Positions 1 to 12,679 of a DNA stretch of 64,000 bases are shown in pieces. Numbering within the stretch: the stretch's first letter is position 1; every line of letters starts with the position of its first letter. This DNA comes from Acidimicrobiales bacterium. Lineage in GTDB: Bacteria > Actinomycetota > Acidimicrobiia > Acidimicrobiales > SZUA-35. The position numbers and the translations under genes are program-made. The notes under the pieces were generated by a model. The model made no database searches. It was not told where the DNA came from and saw only the letters and a program-made list of their open reading frames with translations. The stretch covers positions 1,969-65,968 of the forward strand of contig JANQPB010000022.1 of the NCBI GenBank assembly GCA_028285495.1, given 5' to 3'.

Positions 1-2430
1 CCAGGCCTCGCTGAGGTGGTAGTGGACGGTCACGCCGAGCGGGGCGCTGGTGCCGGCGTCGAGCACGGTCCGCTCGGCCCGACCGGTGCCGTCCGGCGCG
101 GCGTCGAAGACGACGGGCTTGCCCCCGCCGACGCCGTAGCCACGACCATCGGTCGGGGCCCAACCGGCGATCAGGTTCGGCAGCAGCCGCCAGGTCGTCG
201 GCGGGGCGAACAGGTGGGCCGGGCTGCCGGCCCCGAGGTCGCCGAGGGTCCGGACCGGACCGAGGTCGTCGAGGACCCAGAACGACCGCCCGTGGGTTGC
301 CAGTACGAGGTCGTCGCCCTTGACGACGAGGTCGTAGATCGGCACGACGGGGAGGTTGGCGTCCCACCGATACCAGCTGACGCCGTCGTCGGCCGAGACG
401 AACAGGCCGGTCTCGGTACCGAGGTAGAGCAGCCCGGCGACCTCCGGATCGACCCGCAGCACCCGCACGATCGTCTCGTCCGGCAACGCCCCCTGGCCGA
501 CACCGGTGATCGACGTCCATGTCGCCCCCCGGTCGGTGCTGCGGTAGAGGTAGGGCGCAGGGTCGTCGAGCTTGTAGCGGGTGGCGGCGAGGTAGACGGT
601 GTCGGGGTCGTCCGGCGACGGCTCGATCGTGCGGACGAAGCTCCAGTCGGGCAGCTCCGGCGGCGTGACGTCGACCCACGTCCCGCCGCCGTCGGTGGTC
701 AGGTGGACGAGGCCGTCGTCCGACCCGGCCCAGAGCACGCCGGCCTCGTGCGGTGACTCCCGCAGCGTCGCGATGGTGCAGTAGTGCTCGGCCCCGCTGG
801 TGTCACGGGTGATCGGCCCGCCGGACGGACCGAGCTTGTCGGGGTCGTCGCGGGTCAGGTCGCCGCTGATCGGCTCCCACGAGTGGCCCTCGTCCGTGCT
901 GCGGAACACGACGTTGCCCGCCGTGTAGAGCACGCCCGCATCGTGGGGTGAGAACAGGATGGGGAAGGTCCACGGGAACCGGTGGCGAAGCTCCATCGGA
1001 CCGATCCCACCGTGCTCCTCCGGCCACACGTTGATCAGGCGGATCTGACCCGTGCGCCGGTCGTAGCGCTGCAGCGCCCCCTGCCCGCCCGGTGAGCTGC
1101 CGACGGCGCCGACGAACAGCACGTCGTCGTCGCGCGGGTCGACGGCGACGAAGCCGCTCTCGCCGGTGCCCGCCGGGTAGCAGTCGGACCAGGCGATGGC
1201 GTCGTCGTTGGTCGACACGGGCACGGCGATGCTCGTGTTGTCCTGCTGGGTGCCGTACACGTGGTAGAAGGGCGCGCGGTCGTCGGTGGTCACCGTGTAG
1301 AGCTGGGCGGTCAGCTGGTTGTGGATCGGCGTCCAGCTCGCCCCGCCGTTGAACGACACGTTGGCCCCACCGTCGTTGCTCTGGACCATGCGCCGGTTGT
1401 CGACCGGGTCGATCCACAGGTCGTGGTTGTCGCCGTGGGGGGTGGCGATCTGGGTGAAGTTGCGGCCACCGTCGGTCGAGCGCCAGAGCCCGAGGTTGTT
1501 GACGTAGACCGTGTCGCCCTCGATCGGGTCGGCGAAGACGTGCATGTAGTACCAGGGGCGATAGCGGAGGTCGTTGCGGTCGCTGACCAGCTCCCAGGTC
1601 TCGCCGTGGTCGTCGGAGCGGTAGAGGCCCGGATCGACGTCGCACTCGACGATGGCCCAGACCCGGCCGGGTCGGGCCGGCGAGGCGCTCAGCCCGATCT
1701 TGCCGAGCAGCCCGGTCGGCAGGCCGCGGCTCGTGGTGATGTCGGTCCAGGTCCGGCCGCCGTCGTCCGATCGCCAGATGCCGCTGTCCGGTCCGCCGCT
1801 GCTCAGCTCCCAGAAGTTGCGGTGGGCCTCCCACAGGCTGGCGTAGATCACGTCCGGGTTGGCCGGGTCGATCGTGAGGTCGGCGGCGCCGGCCCGATCG
1901 CTGACGTACAGCACGCGCTCCCACGACTCGCCACCGTCGTCGGTCCGGAACACCCCGCGCTGCTCGTTCGGGCCGAATGCATGACCGAAGGCGGCGACCA
2001 GCGCACGATCGGGATCTCGGGGATGGACGACGATCTCGCTGATGTGGCGCGTGTCGTCGAGCCCGCAGTGCTCCCACGTGCGCCCACCGTCGGTCGATCG
2101 ATACACGCCGTCACCGTGTGACACGTCGCCCCGGATCGTGCCCTCGCCGGTGCCGACCCAGATGACGTTCGGATCGGAGTCCGACACCGTCAGCGCACCG
2201 ACGGCCGAGGTGAGGAAGTGGTCGTCGCTGACGTTGCGCCACGTGCGCCCTGCGTCGTCGGTCTTCCAGACGCCGCCGGCGACCGCGCCGAAATAGAAGA
2301 CGGCGGGGTCGTCCGGATCGCCGGCGACGGCAACGCTCCGCCCGCCGCGGGGCGGCCCGATGCAACGGAACGACAGGGAGTCGAGCACCTCCCAGGCCGC
2401 GGGCGTGCTGAGGTCTGGACGGGTGGCCAT
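1..2430 (-). CDS. BNR/Asp-box repeat beta-propeller protein (sortilin/VPS10-type, glycosyl-hydrolase-like); C-terminus runs off the window
   Basis: Absent from the ORF track because it has no stop inside the window. My minus-strand translation from the ATG (complement of 2428-2430) reads MATRPDLSTPAAWEVLDSLSFRCIGPPRGG... It has repeated Asp-boxes (TDDAGRTW, STDGGRTW, TDDGGESW, SDDGGRTW, SDDHGETW, STDGGRNF, STDEGHSW, TTDGGGTW, STDRGATW) and stays open to base 1. Confidence 0.85.
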   Translation of the reverse strand, partial: MATRPDLSTPAAWEVLDSLSFRCIGPPRGGRSVAVAGDPDDPAVFYFGAVAGGVWKTDDAGRTWRNVSDDHFLTSAVGALTVSDSDPNVIWVGTGEGTIRGDVSHGDGVYRSTDGGRTWEHCGLDDTRHISEIVVHPRDPDRALVAAFGHAFGPNEQRGVFRTDDGGESWERVLYVSDRAGAADLTIDPANPDVIYASLWEAHRNFWELSSGGPDSGIWRSDDGGRTWTDITTSRGLPTGLLGKIGLSASPARPGRVWAIVECDVDPGLYRSDDHGETWELVSDRNDLRYRPWYYMHVFADPIEGDTVYVNNLGLWRSTDGGRNFTQIATPHGDNHDLWIDPVDNRRMVQSNDGGANVSFNGGASWTPIHNQLTAQLYTVTTDDRAPFYHVYGTQQDNTSIAVPVSTNDDAIAWSDCYPAGTGESGFVAVDPRDDDVLFVGAVGSSPGGQGALQRYDRRTGQIRLINVWPEEHGGIGPMELRHRFPWTFPILFSPHDAGVLYTAGNVVFRSTDEGHSWEPISGDLTRDDPDKLGPSGGPITRDTSGAEHYCTIATLRESPHEAGVLWAGSDDGLVHLTTDGGGTWVDVTPPELPDWSFVRTIEPSPDDPDTVYLAATRYKLDDPAPYLYRSTDRGATWTSITGVGQGALPDETIVRVLRVDPEVAGLLYLGTETGLFVSADDGVSWYRWDANLPVVPIYDLVVKGDDLVLATHGRSFWVLDDLGPVRTLGDLGAGSPAHLFAPPTTWRLLPNLIAGWAPTDGRGYGVGGGKPVVFDAAPDGTGRAERTVLDAGTSAPLGVTVHYHLSEAW

Positions 2431-2635
2431 CGGCTCTCCTGCTGCTCGGGTTCGGCGACGATCGACGAGACCGGACGCTCGTGCTCGCTGGCCGCAGCAT
2501 AGTGATCGCGCCTGCGCCGGGTCGTCGCCGGCCCGCGGCCGAAGCTCATCACGGCGCCGGCATCGCCGACGGAATCGCATGGATCGACGAAGCATCGACG
2601 GAATTCTTGGCGGTAGATGATTGACTGGTCGGGTC

Positions 2636-4156
<1,521 letters not shown>

Positions 4157-4211
4157 CCGCGCTCACGGTCTCGGTCGGGTCGACCGACCGGCGGCCGGCG
4201 ACGAGATGAAC

Positions 4212-4239
4212 GAAGGCCCCGGCTCCGGCCGGGGCCTTC
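4212..4239 (+). terminator. GC-rich hairpin downstream of the NYN-S1 gene
   Basis: gaaggccccgg (4212-4222) pairs with ccggggccttc (4229-4239), an 11-bp stem with a 6-nt loop. It is followed by gtcgtcg and lies 56 nt after the stop. Confidence 0.6.
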
Positions 4240-4287
4240 GTCGTCGACGGCGACCGACCCCATCGCGGCGCCGGTAACCTCGCGGTC

Positions 4288-5976
<1,689 letters not shown>

Positions 5977-6078
5977 CGTGGGGCGGGCGTCGCCCGCAAC
6001 CTCCAGTTCCGGCCTCCGGCTGCGAACGTCGCAGCCCCGGTCGCTCACGTCCACCGCCTCCCCGCCGATGGAGCCGGC

Positions 6079-6357
6079 ATGGCGTCGACCACCCAGAAGA
6101 AGGCCAGCAAGCGGAAGAAGACCGGGGGCGACTCGCCGACCGTCTGGGAGAGCCGGGCCGTGCTTCGGCTCATCGAGCCGGGCAGCGTGGCCGAGTGCCC
6201 GCACTGCGGTGAGCGCGTGAAGTTCCGGGCCCGCCATCGCGACCAGCAGGTGATCTGCAACGTGTACGAGGACGGCGTGTGGCAGCGGGTGGAGCAGTAC
6301 CACCTCCTCTGCTACGAGGAGGCCGGCTCCCCGTACGGCGATGCGGTCAAGCAGTGA
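6079..6357 (+). CDS. Small conserved-looking hypothetical protein with a C-x-x-C motif (possible zinc ribbon)
   Basis: 92 aa with protein-like composition: a basic N-terminus (KKASKRKK), then CPHCGERVKF...VICNVYEDGVWQRVEQYHLLCYEE. I recognise no family. Confidence 0.5.
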   Translation: MASTTQKKASKRKKTGGDSPTVWESRAVLRLIEPGSVAECPHCGERVKFRARHRDQQVICNVYEDGVWQRVEQYHLLCYEEAGSPYGDAVKQ

Positions 6358-6418
6358 TCGCCGCCGGCGAGATCCGAGCGCGCCGGCCGCGGCGGCTGGG
6401 TGAAGCCGCCCGGACCGG

Positions 6419-7201
6419 GTGCCAGGCCGCTACCAGTACGGTGTTGGGGTGACAACCGCAACCGACGATCATCGCCTGGCCAGGGAGTTGGCCACCGAGG
6501 CGGGCAAGATCCTGGTCGAGCTCCGGGCCGCGATGGCCGACGAGCAGGCCGACCCCCGCGCCATCAAGGACGCCGGCGACCTCGCGGCCCACCGGTACCT
6601 GATGGAGACGCTGGCGGTCGAGCGCCCGGACGACGCCGTGCTGTCCGAGGAGGGCGCAGACGGCCAGGCCCGCCTCAGCGCCGATCGGACCTGGATCGTC
6701 GACCCGCTCGACGGCACCCGGGAGTTCGGCGAGCCACCACGCGTCGACTGGGCGGTGCACGTCGCGCTGGTGTCGGCGGGCCAGCCGATCGCCGGCGCCG
6801 TCGCCCTGCCGGCCGAGGAGCTGACGCTCGCCACCGACGAGCCGCCGGCGCTCGGGCCAGGCGGCGAGATCCCCCGCGTGATCGTCAGCCGCACCCGCCG
6901 TCCCGCCCCCGCGCTGCAACTGGCCGACGAGCTCGGGGCCGAGTACATCGAGCTGGGCTCGGCCGGCGCCAAGACGATGGCGGTGGTCCGCGGTGAGGCC
7001 GACATCTACCCCCACGCCGGCGGTCAGTACGAGTGGGACTCGTGTGCGCCGGTCGCGGTGGCCAGGGCTGCCGGGCTGCACTGCTCGCGCCTCGACGGCT
7101 CGCCGCTCACCTACAACAACCCGGACCCCTACCTTCCGGATCTGTTGATCTGCCGGCCGGAGTGGGCCCAGCGCTGCCTGGAGATCCTCAACCGGGGCTG
7201 A
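6419..7201 (+). CDS. cysQ: Inositol monophosphatase family / 3'(2'),5'-bisphosphate nucleotidase CysQ-like
   Basis: Motifs SEEGADG and WIVDPLDGTREF, plus a C-terminal WDSCAPVAVARAAG. An alternative in-frame GTG start lies at 6449. Confidence 0.8.
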   Translation: MPGRYQYGVGVTTATDDHRLARELATEAGKILVELRAAMADEQADPRAIKDAGDLAAHRYLMETLAVERPDDAVLSEEGADGQARLSADRTWIVDPLDGTREFGEPPRVDWAVHVALVSAGQPIAGAVALPAEELTLATDEPPALGPGGEIPRVIVSRTRRPAPALQLADELGAEYIELGSAGAKTMAVVRGEADIYPHAGGQYEWDSCAPVAVARAAGLHCSRLDGSPLTYNNPDPYLPDLLICRPEWAQRCLEILNRG

Positions 7202-7269
7202 GCGCCGCCGCTCCCCTGGTCCCCGGCCGGGCCCCCGCATAGCCTGTGGCCCATGGGGACGGAGCGCAC

Positions 7270-8115
7270 ATGGAGCTGAAGGCCACCGAGTACGAGCTGG
7301 TCGACCGCACGGCCGTGGTCCGGTTGGCCCGCCCCCATCGGGGCAACGCCTGGACCGGGCGCATGCACGCCGAGTACGTGCACCTGGTCGGACGGGCCGA
7401 CGCCGACCCCGACGTCCGGGTCATCGTGGTCACCGGGGCCGGCGGGGCGTTCTGCGTCGGCGGCGACAGCGAGGCGCTGTCCGGCCACGCCGAGCGGGGT
7501 TCCTACGACGACGGTCTGGCCGCCAGCTCCGGTTCGCCGTCCGGCCGGGGGGCGGCGGCCGACGCGCCGGCCGGCCACGGGCTGCACCCGGAGTTCGAGA
7601 CCCAGATGACGTTCCACTACGGGCTCTCGAAGCCGGTCATCGCCGCCATCAACGGTCCGGCGGCCGGCATCGGGCTGGCGCTGGCCTGCTTCGCCGACCT
7701 GCGGTTCGCCCGCCCGGGGGCCAAGCTCACCACCGCCCACGGCAAGCTCAATCTGCCGGCCGAGTACGGGCTGTCGTGGCTGTTGCCCCGCCATGTCGGC
7801 CTGACCCGGGCCATGGACCTCCTGCTCACCTCCCGGGTGTTCCTGACCGACGAGGCGGCCGAGCTCGGACTGGTCAACGAGCTCCACCCGCCCGACGAAC
7901 TGTTCGACCGGACCCTGGCCTACGCCGAGCGCCTGGCCTCGACCGTGTCGGCCGGCTCGCTGCGGGCGACCCGACACCAGGTGTATCTCGACCAGCATCG
8001 AGGCGTCGGTGTCTCGGTCGACGACTCGCGAGACCGCCTCAACGTCATGATGGGCGAGCCCGACTACGCCAAGGGCGTCGCCGCACTGCGGGACAGGCGA
8101 CCGCCGGCGTTCTAG
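7270..8115 (+). CDS. Enoyl-CoA hydratase/isomerase (crotonase) family protein
   Basis: ORF 7246..8115. The ATG at 7270 follows GGAG and gives the typical N-terminus MELKATEYELVDRTAVVRLARP. Crotonase motif VTGAGGAFCVGGD is present. Confidence 0.85.
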   Translation: MELKATEYELVDRTAVVRLARPHRGNAWTGRMHAEYVHLVGRADADPDVRVIVVTGAGGAFCVGGDSEALSGHAERGSYDDGLAASSGSPSGRGAAADAPAGHGLHPEFETQMTFHYGLSKPVIAAINGPAAGIGLALACFADLRFARPGAKLTTAHGKLNLPAEYGLSWLLPRHVGLTRAMDLLLTSRVFLTDEAAELGLVNELHPPDELFDRTLAYAERLASTVSAGSLRATRHQVYLDQHRGVGVSVDDSRDRLNVMMGEPDYAKGVAALRDRRPPAF

Positions 8116-8238
8116 TCGCCGCCGACCGGCTCTCCGGTCGAGACCCGACCCGCCGTTCCCGGCCACCGTCGGCCACACTGAGCGGGTGACCACTGGCCTC
8201 CACTCCGGCCGCTCGCAGCCGACCGGGAACACGAACCC

Positions 8239-9852
8239 ATGAGCATCACCTCCGCAGACGCCCCCGGATCGACCGGTGCCGCCGATGACCTGCACCTCGG
8301 CTCGTTCTCCGACGACCCGCCGTGGAGCCTGGCCGGCGCCATCCCGACGTGGCGTCGCCCGGTCGACATCCTCCGCCGCCACCAGGCCGAGCAGCTCCCC
8401 TGGCTGACCCGCCCGCCCCGGATCCCGCCCGTTCGCCGGGCCATGACCGTCGTGCGGGTCCTCGGGCTCGCCATCGCCGTCTGGTACCTGCGGGAGCGTG
8501 GCACCGAGCAGTCGCGGGCCGGGCTGTCCCGCCGGATCCGGCTGGCGGCCGAGAGGCTCGGGCCGACGTACATCAAGCTGGCCCAGATCATCTCGGCCGG
8601 CGAGGGCGTGTTCCCGGCCGAGCTGGTGGCCGAGTGCAAGAAGTGTCGAGATCAGGTCCCGGCCGTGCCGTTCGACCAGGTCCGCGAGGTGGTCGAGGGC
8701 GAGCTCGGCCGCCCGATCGAGGAGGTGTTCCGCTCGTTCGACCGTCGGCCCCTGGCCGCCGCCTCGATCGCCCAGGTCCACGCCGCCACCCTGCACAGCG
8801 GCCAGGAGGTCGTGGTCAAGGTCCAGCGGCCCCGCATCGACGTCGTCGTCCGCCAGGACCTGCGGGTGCTGGCGTGGCTGGCGCCGTTCCTGGTCGGCCG
8901 GATCCCGGTGGCGGCGCTGGCCAACCCGCCCGGTCTCGTCGAGCTGTTCGCCGAGACGATCGTCGAGGAGCTCGACTTCCGGCTCGAGGCGGCCAACATG
9001 CTCGACGTGGCCCGGGTCTTCGTCGAGCTCGACCAGCGTGGCTTCGTCGTGCCCCGCCCCCATCCCGAGTACGTGACCCGCAGGATCCTGGTCATGGAGC
9101 GCCTTCGGGGGTTCAACTTCAACGACGTCGCCGGCATGAAGGCGGCCGGCGTCGACACCGAGGCGGTCATCCGCACCGGGATGATCGGGTTCCTCGAGGG
9201 TGCGTTCCTGCACGGCATCTTCCACGGCGACCTGCACGGCGGCAACCTGTTCGTGATGGCCGACGGCCGCACGGCGCTGCTCGACTTCGGCATCACGGGC
9301 CGTCTGACCGAGGACGAGCGCATTGGCTTCCTCAAGATGATGATGACGGCGACGAGCAACGACGTTCGGGGGCAGGTGGCGGCCCTGCGGGACCTTGGCT
9401 TCCTGCCGGCCGACACCGACGTCGAGAGCGTCGTCGCCGACCTCAAGCTCGACGGCCCACCGATCGACCCGACGGCGCTGACCCCGGACGAGCTGGTCAA
9501 GGAGATCCAGGGCGTGGTCAAGGCGCTGCTCGGCTACGGGGCCAGGATGCCGAAGCCGCTGATGCTCTACATCAAGAACCTCATCTTCATCGACGGGGCG
9601 ATCGCCACCCTGGCTCCGGAGCTCGACATGTTCGCCACCGTCACCGACGTGGCCACCCACTTCGCCGTCACCCACGGGCCGACGATCGCCTCCCAGCTCG
9701 GGCTGGCCGGCGAGACCTGGGCCGTCGACATGGACGGGATCAAGGCCGGCTTCGGTGTCGACCCCGCCACCACCAACCGCCTCACCTACGCCGAGCTGCA
9801 GGAGCGCCGAGCCCTGATCAACCGCCGGCTCGCCGGCAAGCGCCTGACCTGA
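8239..9852 (+). CDS. ABC1/UbiB (AarF) family atypical protein kinase
   Basis: 537 aa with LGPTYIKLAQIIS, AAASIAQVHAATLHSGQEVVVKVQRP and HGDLHGGNL, typical of the ABC1 family. Confidence 0.85.
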   Translation: MSITSADAPGSTGAADDLHLGSFSDDPPWSLAGAIPTWRRPVDILRRHQAEQLPWLTRPPRIPPVRRAMTVVRVLGLAIAVWYLRERGTEQSRAGLSRRIRLAAERLGPTYIKLAQIISAGEGVFPAELVAECKKCRDQVPAVPFDQVREVVEGELGRPIEEVFRSFDRRPLAAASIAQVHAATLHSGQEVVVKVQRPRIDVVVRQDLRVLAWLAPFLVGRIPVAALANPPGLVELFAETIVEELDFRLEAANMLDVARVFVELDQRGFVVPRPHPEYVTRRILVMERLRGFNFNDVAGMKAAGVDTEAVIRTGMIGFLEGAFLHGIFHGDLHGGNLFVMADGRTALLDFGITGRLTEDERIGFLKMMMTATSNDVRGQVAALRDLGFLPADTDVESVVADLKLDGPPIDPTALTPDELVKEIQGVVKALLGYGARMPKPLMLYIKNLIFIDGAIATLAPELDMFATVTDVATHFAVTHGPTIASQLGLAGETWAVDMDGIKAGFGVDPATTNRLTYAELQERRALINRRLAGKRLT

Positions 9853-9880
9853 GCCGGGCCGGCCGGTTGCCCGGCGTTGG

Positions 9881-11482
9881 TTGCCCGCCGCCGACCGGCT
9901 CGACCAAGATGGCGCCATGGTGACGTGGAGAGCGGGCGATGGCCCGCCCATCCGCTTTGCCGAGGCCAGGGGGGCGCGCATCGCCTACCAGGACTTCGGC
10001 CTCGAGGATCCGGTCGTCGTTGCCGTACCGCCACTGGCCCAGAACCTGGAGCTGGCCTTCGAGGCCCCGATCAAGCGGCTGATGTTCGAGCGGTTCGGGG
10101 GCTTCTGCCGCTGGATCCAGTTCGACAAGCGAGGAACGGGCAGCTCCGACCGCCGGGTCAGGGTCCCCGGACTGGACGAGCGGGTCGACGACCTGCGAGC
10201 GGTGATGGACGCGGCCGGCGTCGACCGGGCCCACCTCTTCGGCCAATCGGAGGGTGGGCCGATGGCCATCCTGTTCGCCGTCACCTACCCGGACCGGGTC
10301 GAGTCGTTGACCCTGTTCGGGACCGGTCCCCGGTGCATGCGGCGCTTCACCGACGACGACCTGCCGGCGGTCAAGGAGGTCCTCGACCGGATGTCCGACG
10401 ACTGGGGGACGGCGGCGTCGCAGATCCTGGCCGCCTTCGCCCCGACGGTGGCCGACGAGCCGGAGCTGCAGGCCTGGTGGCCCCGCTACGAGCGCAACTC
10501 CGCCGACCGAGACTCGATCCGCGAGCTGCTCGACATCAACCTCGACATCGACGTGACCGAGGTCCTCGACCAGGTCGCCGTTCCGACGCTGGTCCTGCAC
10601 CGGACCGACGACCCGATCGTGCCGATCGAGCTCGGCCGGGAGGCGGCCGACGGGATCCCCGGCGCCCGGCTGGTCGAGCTGCCCGGCATCGACCACTTCG
10701 GGTTCGCCGGCGACATGGACGCCTGGGTCGACGAGATGGAGCGGTTCATCACCGGCGCCGTCGCCCCCCGACCGGTCCGGCCGGCGCGGGGAACGCCGAG
10801 GATCGAGACCCTCGGACGGTTCGCCGTGGTCCGCGACGGCGAGGAGGTGCCGGTCTCGGACTGGGGGTCGCGCCTGGCCAGGACGCTGTGCAAGCGACTG
10901 GCCGCAGCGCGGGGCCGACCGGTGACCCGGGAGGAGCTGATCGACCTCCTGTGGCCGGACGAGACCGATCTGTCCAGGCTCGGGGCCAGGCTCTCGGTCC
11001 AACTGTCGGCGGTCCGGCGGGTCCTCGGCGGCGGGGTGGTGGCCGACCGCACGACCGTCGCCCTCGATCTCGGCGAGGTCGCCACCGATCTCGAGGACGT
11101 GCACGCCGCGGCCGATGCCGGCGACGATCGGGGCGTGGTCGACGCCTACGGCGGCGAGTTCCTGCCCGAGGATCGCTACGACGGCTGGACCGCCGGAGCC
11201 CGTGACGAGGCCAGGGCCCGCTTCGGCGGGGCGGCCCGTCGCCTGGCCGCCATCGCCATCGACGAGGCCGACTGGCACGAGGCGGCGTCGCTGGCCCGTC
11301 GGCTGATCGAGTCAGACCCGTTCGGCGACGACGGGCACCGGCTCCTCGTCATCGCCCTCGATGGTGCCGGGGCCGACGGCGACGCCAGGCGGGCCCACGA
11401 GCGCTGGGCCGAGGCCGCAGCCGAACTCGGCCATGCCGTCGCCCCGCTGGCCGACGTCCTGGCCGCCGACCGGTCGGCCTGA
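9881..11482 (+). CDS. Alpha/beta-hydrolase domain fused to a SARP-type winged-helix + BTAD transcriptional regulator domain
   Basis: The N-terminal half has the nucleophile elbow GQSEGG and HRTDD. The C-terminal half (RIETLGRFAVVRDGEEVPVSDWGSRLARTLCKRLAAARGRPVTREELIDLLWPDE... then helical repeats) fits OmpR/SARP wHTH plus BTAD. An alternative start lies at 9917. Confidence 0.75.
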   Translation: MPAADRLDQDGAMVTWRAGDGPPIRFAEARGARIAYQDFGLEDPVVVAVPPLAQNLELAFEAPIKRLMFERFGGFCRWIQFDKRGTGSSDRRVRVPGLDERVDDLRAVMDAAGVDRAHLFGQSEGGPMAILFAVTYPDRVESLTLFGTGPRCMRRFTDDDLPAVKEVLDRMSDDWGTAASQILAAFAPTVADEPELQAWWPRYERNSADRDSIRELLDINLDIDVTEVLDQVAVPTLVLHRTDDPIVPIELGREAADGIPGARLVELPGIDHFGFAGDMDAWVDEMERFITGAVAPRPVRPARGTPRIETLGRFAVVRDGEEVPVSDWGSRLARTLCKRLAAARGRPVTREELIDLLWPDETDLSRLGARLSVQLSAVRRVLGGGVVADRTTVALDLGEVATDLEDVHAAADAGDDRGVVDAYGGEFLPEDRYDGWTAGARDEARARFGGAARRLAAIAIDEADWHEAASLARRLIESDPFGDDGHRLLVIALDGAGADGDARRAHERWAEAAAELGHAVAPLADVLAADRSA

Positions 11483-11530
11483 CCGACCGGTCGAAAGGTT
11501 TCCTGAAGGGTCCCGGAACACCCTGGGACC

Positions 11531-12043
11531 ATGAGCACGACAGCAGAGAAGACCGTCGCCGAGCCCTACGTCCTCCAGCGGGACGAGGGCGGGCACCATC
11601 ACTTCCTCAACCACCTGGCCACGACCAAGGTGGCCGGCGAGGCCGCCGGCTCCATGGGCGTCGTCGAGTTCCGGGCCCCCCGGGACTTCGGGCCGCCGGT
11701 CCACCAGCATGACGACGAGGACGAGCTGATCGTCGTGTTGGATGGCGAGATCGCCTTCCAGACCGGCGATCGCGAGATCGTCGCCACGGCCGGCGCCTGC
11801 GCCTTCCTCCCCCACGGCGTCCCCCACTGCTTCCAGGTGCTGTCCGAGGAGGCCAGGTTCCTGGCCATCACCGCCTCGGCAACGTCGAGGCCGCAGTTCG
11901 ACGCCTTCGTTGCCGCAGTCGGCACGCCGACCCCCGAGCCGACGATGCCCGAGCCGGGTCCGATCGACCCCGAGCGCCTGGCCCGGATCTCCGAAGCCCA
12001 CGACATCGCCGTCCTCGGCCCGCCCCCGGCGCCCCGCTCATGA
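11531..12043 (+). CDS. Cupin domain protein
   Basis: 170 aa; PPVHQHDDEDELIVVLDGEIAFQTGD...FLPHGVPHCF fits the cupin two-motif pattern. Confidence 0.75.
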   Translation: MSTTAEKTVAEPYVLQRDEGGHHHFLNHLATTKVAGEAAGSMGVVEFRAPRDFGPPVHQHDDEDELIVVLDGEIAFQTGDREIVATAGACAFLPHGVPHCFQVLSEEARFLAITASATSRPQFDAFVAAVGTPTPEPTMPEPGPIDPERLARISEAHDIAVLGPPPAPRS

Positions 12044-12621
12044 GGTCGACGACGGGACCGGCGGCCCGTACCGCCGGCACGCTCCTCCTCGCCGGACTCC
12101 TCGCCGGACTCCTCGCCGGGCTCGTCGCCGGTTGCGGTGACGACGCCGATGCCCTCGCCCAGACGACGATCGACGTCGTCGGCGTCGACTACGGCTTCGA
12201 GGGCCTCCCCGACGAGGTGGCGGCCGGCAGCGAGATCGTCTTCCGCAACGAGAGCGAGGTGGAGGTGCACGAGTTCGTCGCCCTCCGGCTCGACGACGGT
12301 GACGACCGCAGCGCCGCCGACCTGCTGGCCCTGCCCCCCGAGGAGCTCGGTCCGATGCTGGCCGACGTCTCGTCGGTGATCATCGCCCCGCCGGCGGTCG
12401 ACGGCACCGCCGCCGATGGCTTCGTTGTCGATGGATCCGCCACCCTCGACGATCCGGGCCGCTACGTGATCTTCTGCCTGATCCCGACCGGCGCCGACCC
12501 CGAGGCCTACCTGGCGGCAGCGGCCGAGGCCGAGGGCGGCCCCCCAGACGTGCCCGGCGGTCCCCCGCACGCGGTCGAGGGGATGGTGGCGGAGGTCGTG
12601 GTGCGAGGGGCCTCGGGCTGA
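12040..12621 (+). CDS. Secreted lipoprotein, possibly cupredoxin-like
   Basis: Signal peptide with lipobox LVAGC. The start overlaps the cupin stop (ATGA at 12040-12043). The beta-rich body carries His/Cys/His/Met candidates, but the spacing is atypical for type-1 copper. Confidence 0.6.
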   Translation: MRSTTGPAARTAGTLLLAGLLAGLLAGLVAGCGDDADALAQTTIDVVGVDYGFEGLPDEVAAGSEIVFRNESEVEVHEFVALRLDDGDDRSAADLLALPPEELGPMLADVSSVIIAPPAVDGTAADGFVVDGSATLDDPGRYVIFCLIPTGADPEAYLAAAAEAEGGPPDVPGGPPHAVEGMVAEVVVRGASG

Positions 12622-12627
12622 GCGCCG

Positions 12628-12659
12628 ACGGCCGGGTCGGGTTGCTGCGACCCGGCCGT
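12628..12659 (+). terminator. Hairpin between the lipoprotein gene and nucS
   Basis: acggccgggtcg (12628-12639) pairs with cgacccggccgt (12648-12659), a 12-bp stem with an 8-nt loop. Confidence 0.55.
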
Positions 12660-12679
12660 CGAGCTGCTACACAGCAGGG

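Noticed and set aside
7129-9981. 950-aa minus-strand ORF
   Set aside because: It is antisense to the crotonase and ABC1-kinase genes, which both carry family motifs. The sequence is Arg/Gly/Pro-rich and low in information.
12040-12621. Confident type-1 copper (plastocyanin-like) assignment
   Set aside because: Cys and the downstream His/Met are about 30 residues apart, unlike the compact C-x-n-H-x-n-M loop of cupredoxins. It is kept only as a tentative note.
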